Source: Octopus bimaculoides (Eukaryota). From it: DNA of 64,000 bases. The notes beneath the pieces are model-generated. The model saw only the letters and a list, made by a program, of their open reading frames with translations, had not been told where the DNA came from and did not search any database. Shown one piece after another: positions 63,685 through 64,000 of the stretch. The DNA is taken from the NCBI RefSeq assembly GCF_001194135.2, contig NC_068996.1:55944143-56008142 (forward strand), read 5' to 3'. Within the stretch, counting starts at the first letter, position 1. Each line of letters opens with the position of its first letter. Position numbers and translations under genes: made by a program.

Positions 63685-64000
63685 ATATGTATAAATCCCA
63701 AAGATGAAACAAGACAGATAGACGATACAAAGATGGACTGGAAAAAACAAGGACAGGTCATTTGCAGTCTTCTCTCATCAGCCAAGTTGCCAAATCCTTA
63801 CAGTTTTGGCCGGTTACACTTGAGACTGTTCAAATCTGGCTGGCCCCATAAATCTAAGCTAAGACTGTTAAATATTTTGGGAGAAAGCAAGCGAATGTGT
63901 ACAACAACAAAGACAAAAAAAAAAAGAAAACGGAGAAAATGTTACACAAATATAAGCAACAAGAAGAAAACAACAAATGTCTTTCAACCAATAAAGACGA

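Overview
AT-rich, microsatellite-saturated animal genomic DNA with 13 N-gaps. The repeat families (tRNA-derived SINEs, RTE 3' ends with (GAT)n tails, TA/TG microsatellites) point to an octopus genome; this is inferred from the repeats only. The window holds the last 11 coding exons (170-44080, + strand, about 494 codons, TM3 to stop) of an SLC6/NSS Na+/Cl- dependent transporter of the amino-acid (GlyT/PROT/ATB0,+-like) branch. All introns are GT-AG with consistent phases, and one intron is 29 kb. The 5' exons (TM1-2) lie upstream of the window. The cytoplasmic half of TM5 carries a striking cluster of substitutions, including an extra proline inside the Gly-X9-Pro motif. The introns and the 20 kb downstream region contain no other convincing gene. 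They contain decayed transposons (Hsmar1-like mariner nested in a SINE, two maT/DD37D-type Tc1-mariner copies, RTE, REX3-like, CR1, R4/Dong-like and HERO-like LINE remnants, about 231-bp piggyBac-type MITEs, several SINE families), five long inverted repeats, and Penelope-type hammerhead ribozyme motifs, one with an intact catalytic core. No CRISPR, rRNA or true tRNA genes were seen. Most entries in the ORF track are microsatellite or gap artefacts. Family assignments rely on remembered consensus motifs, not database searches.
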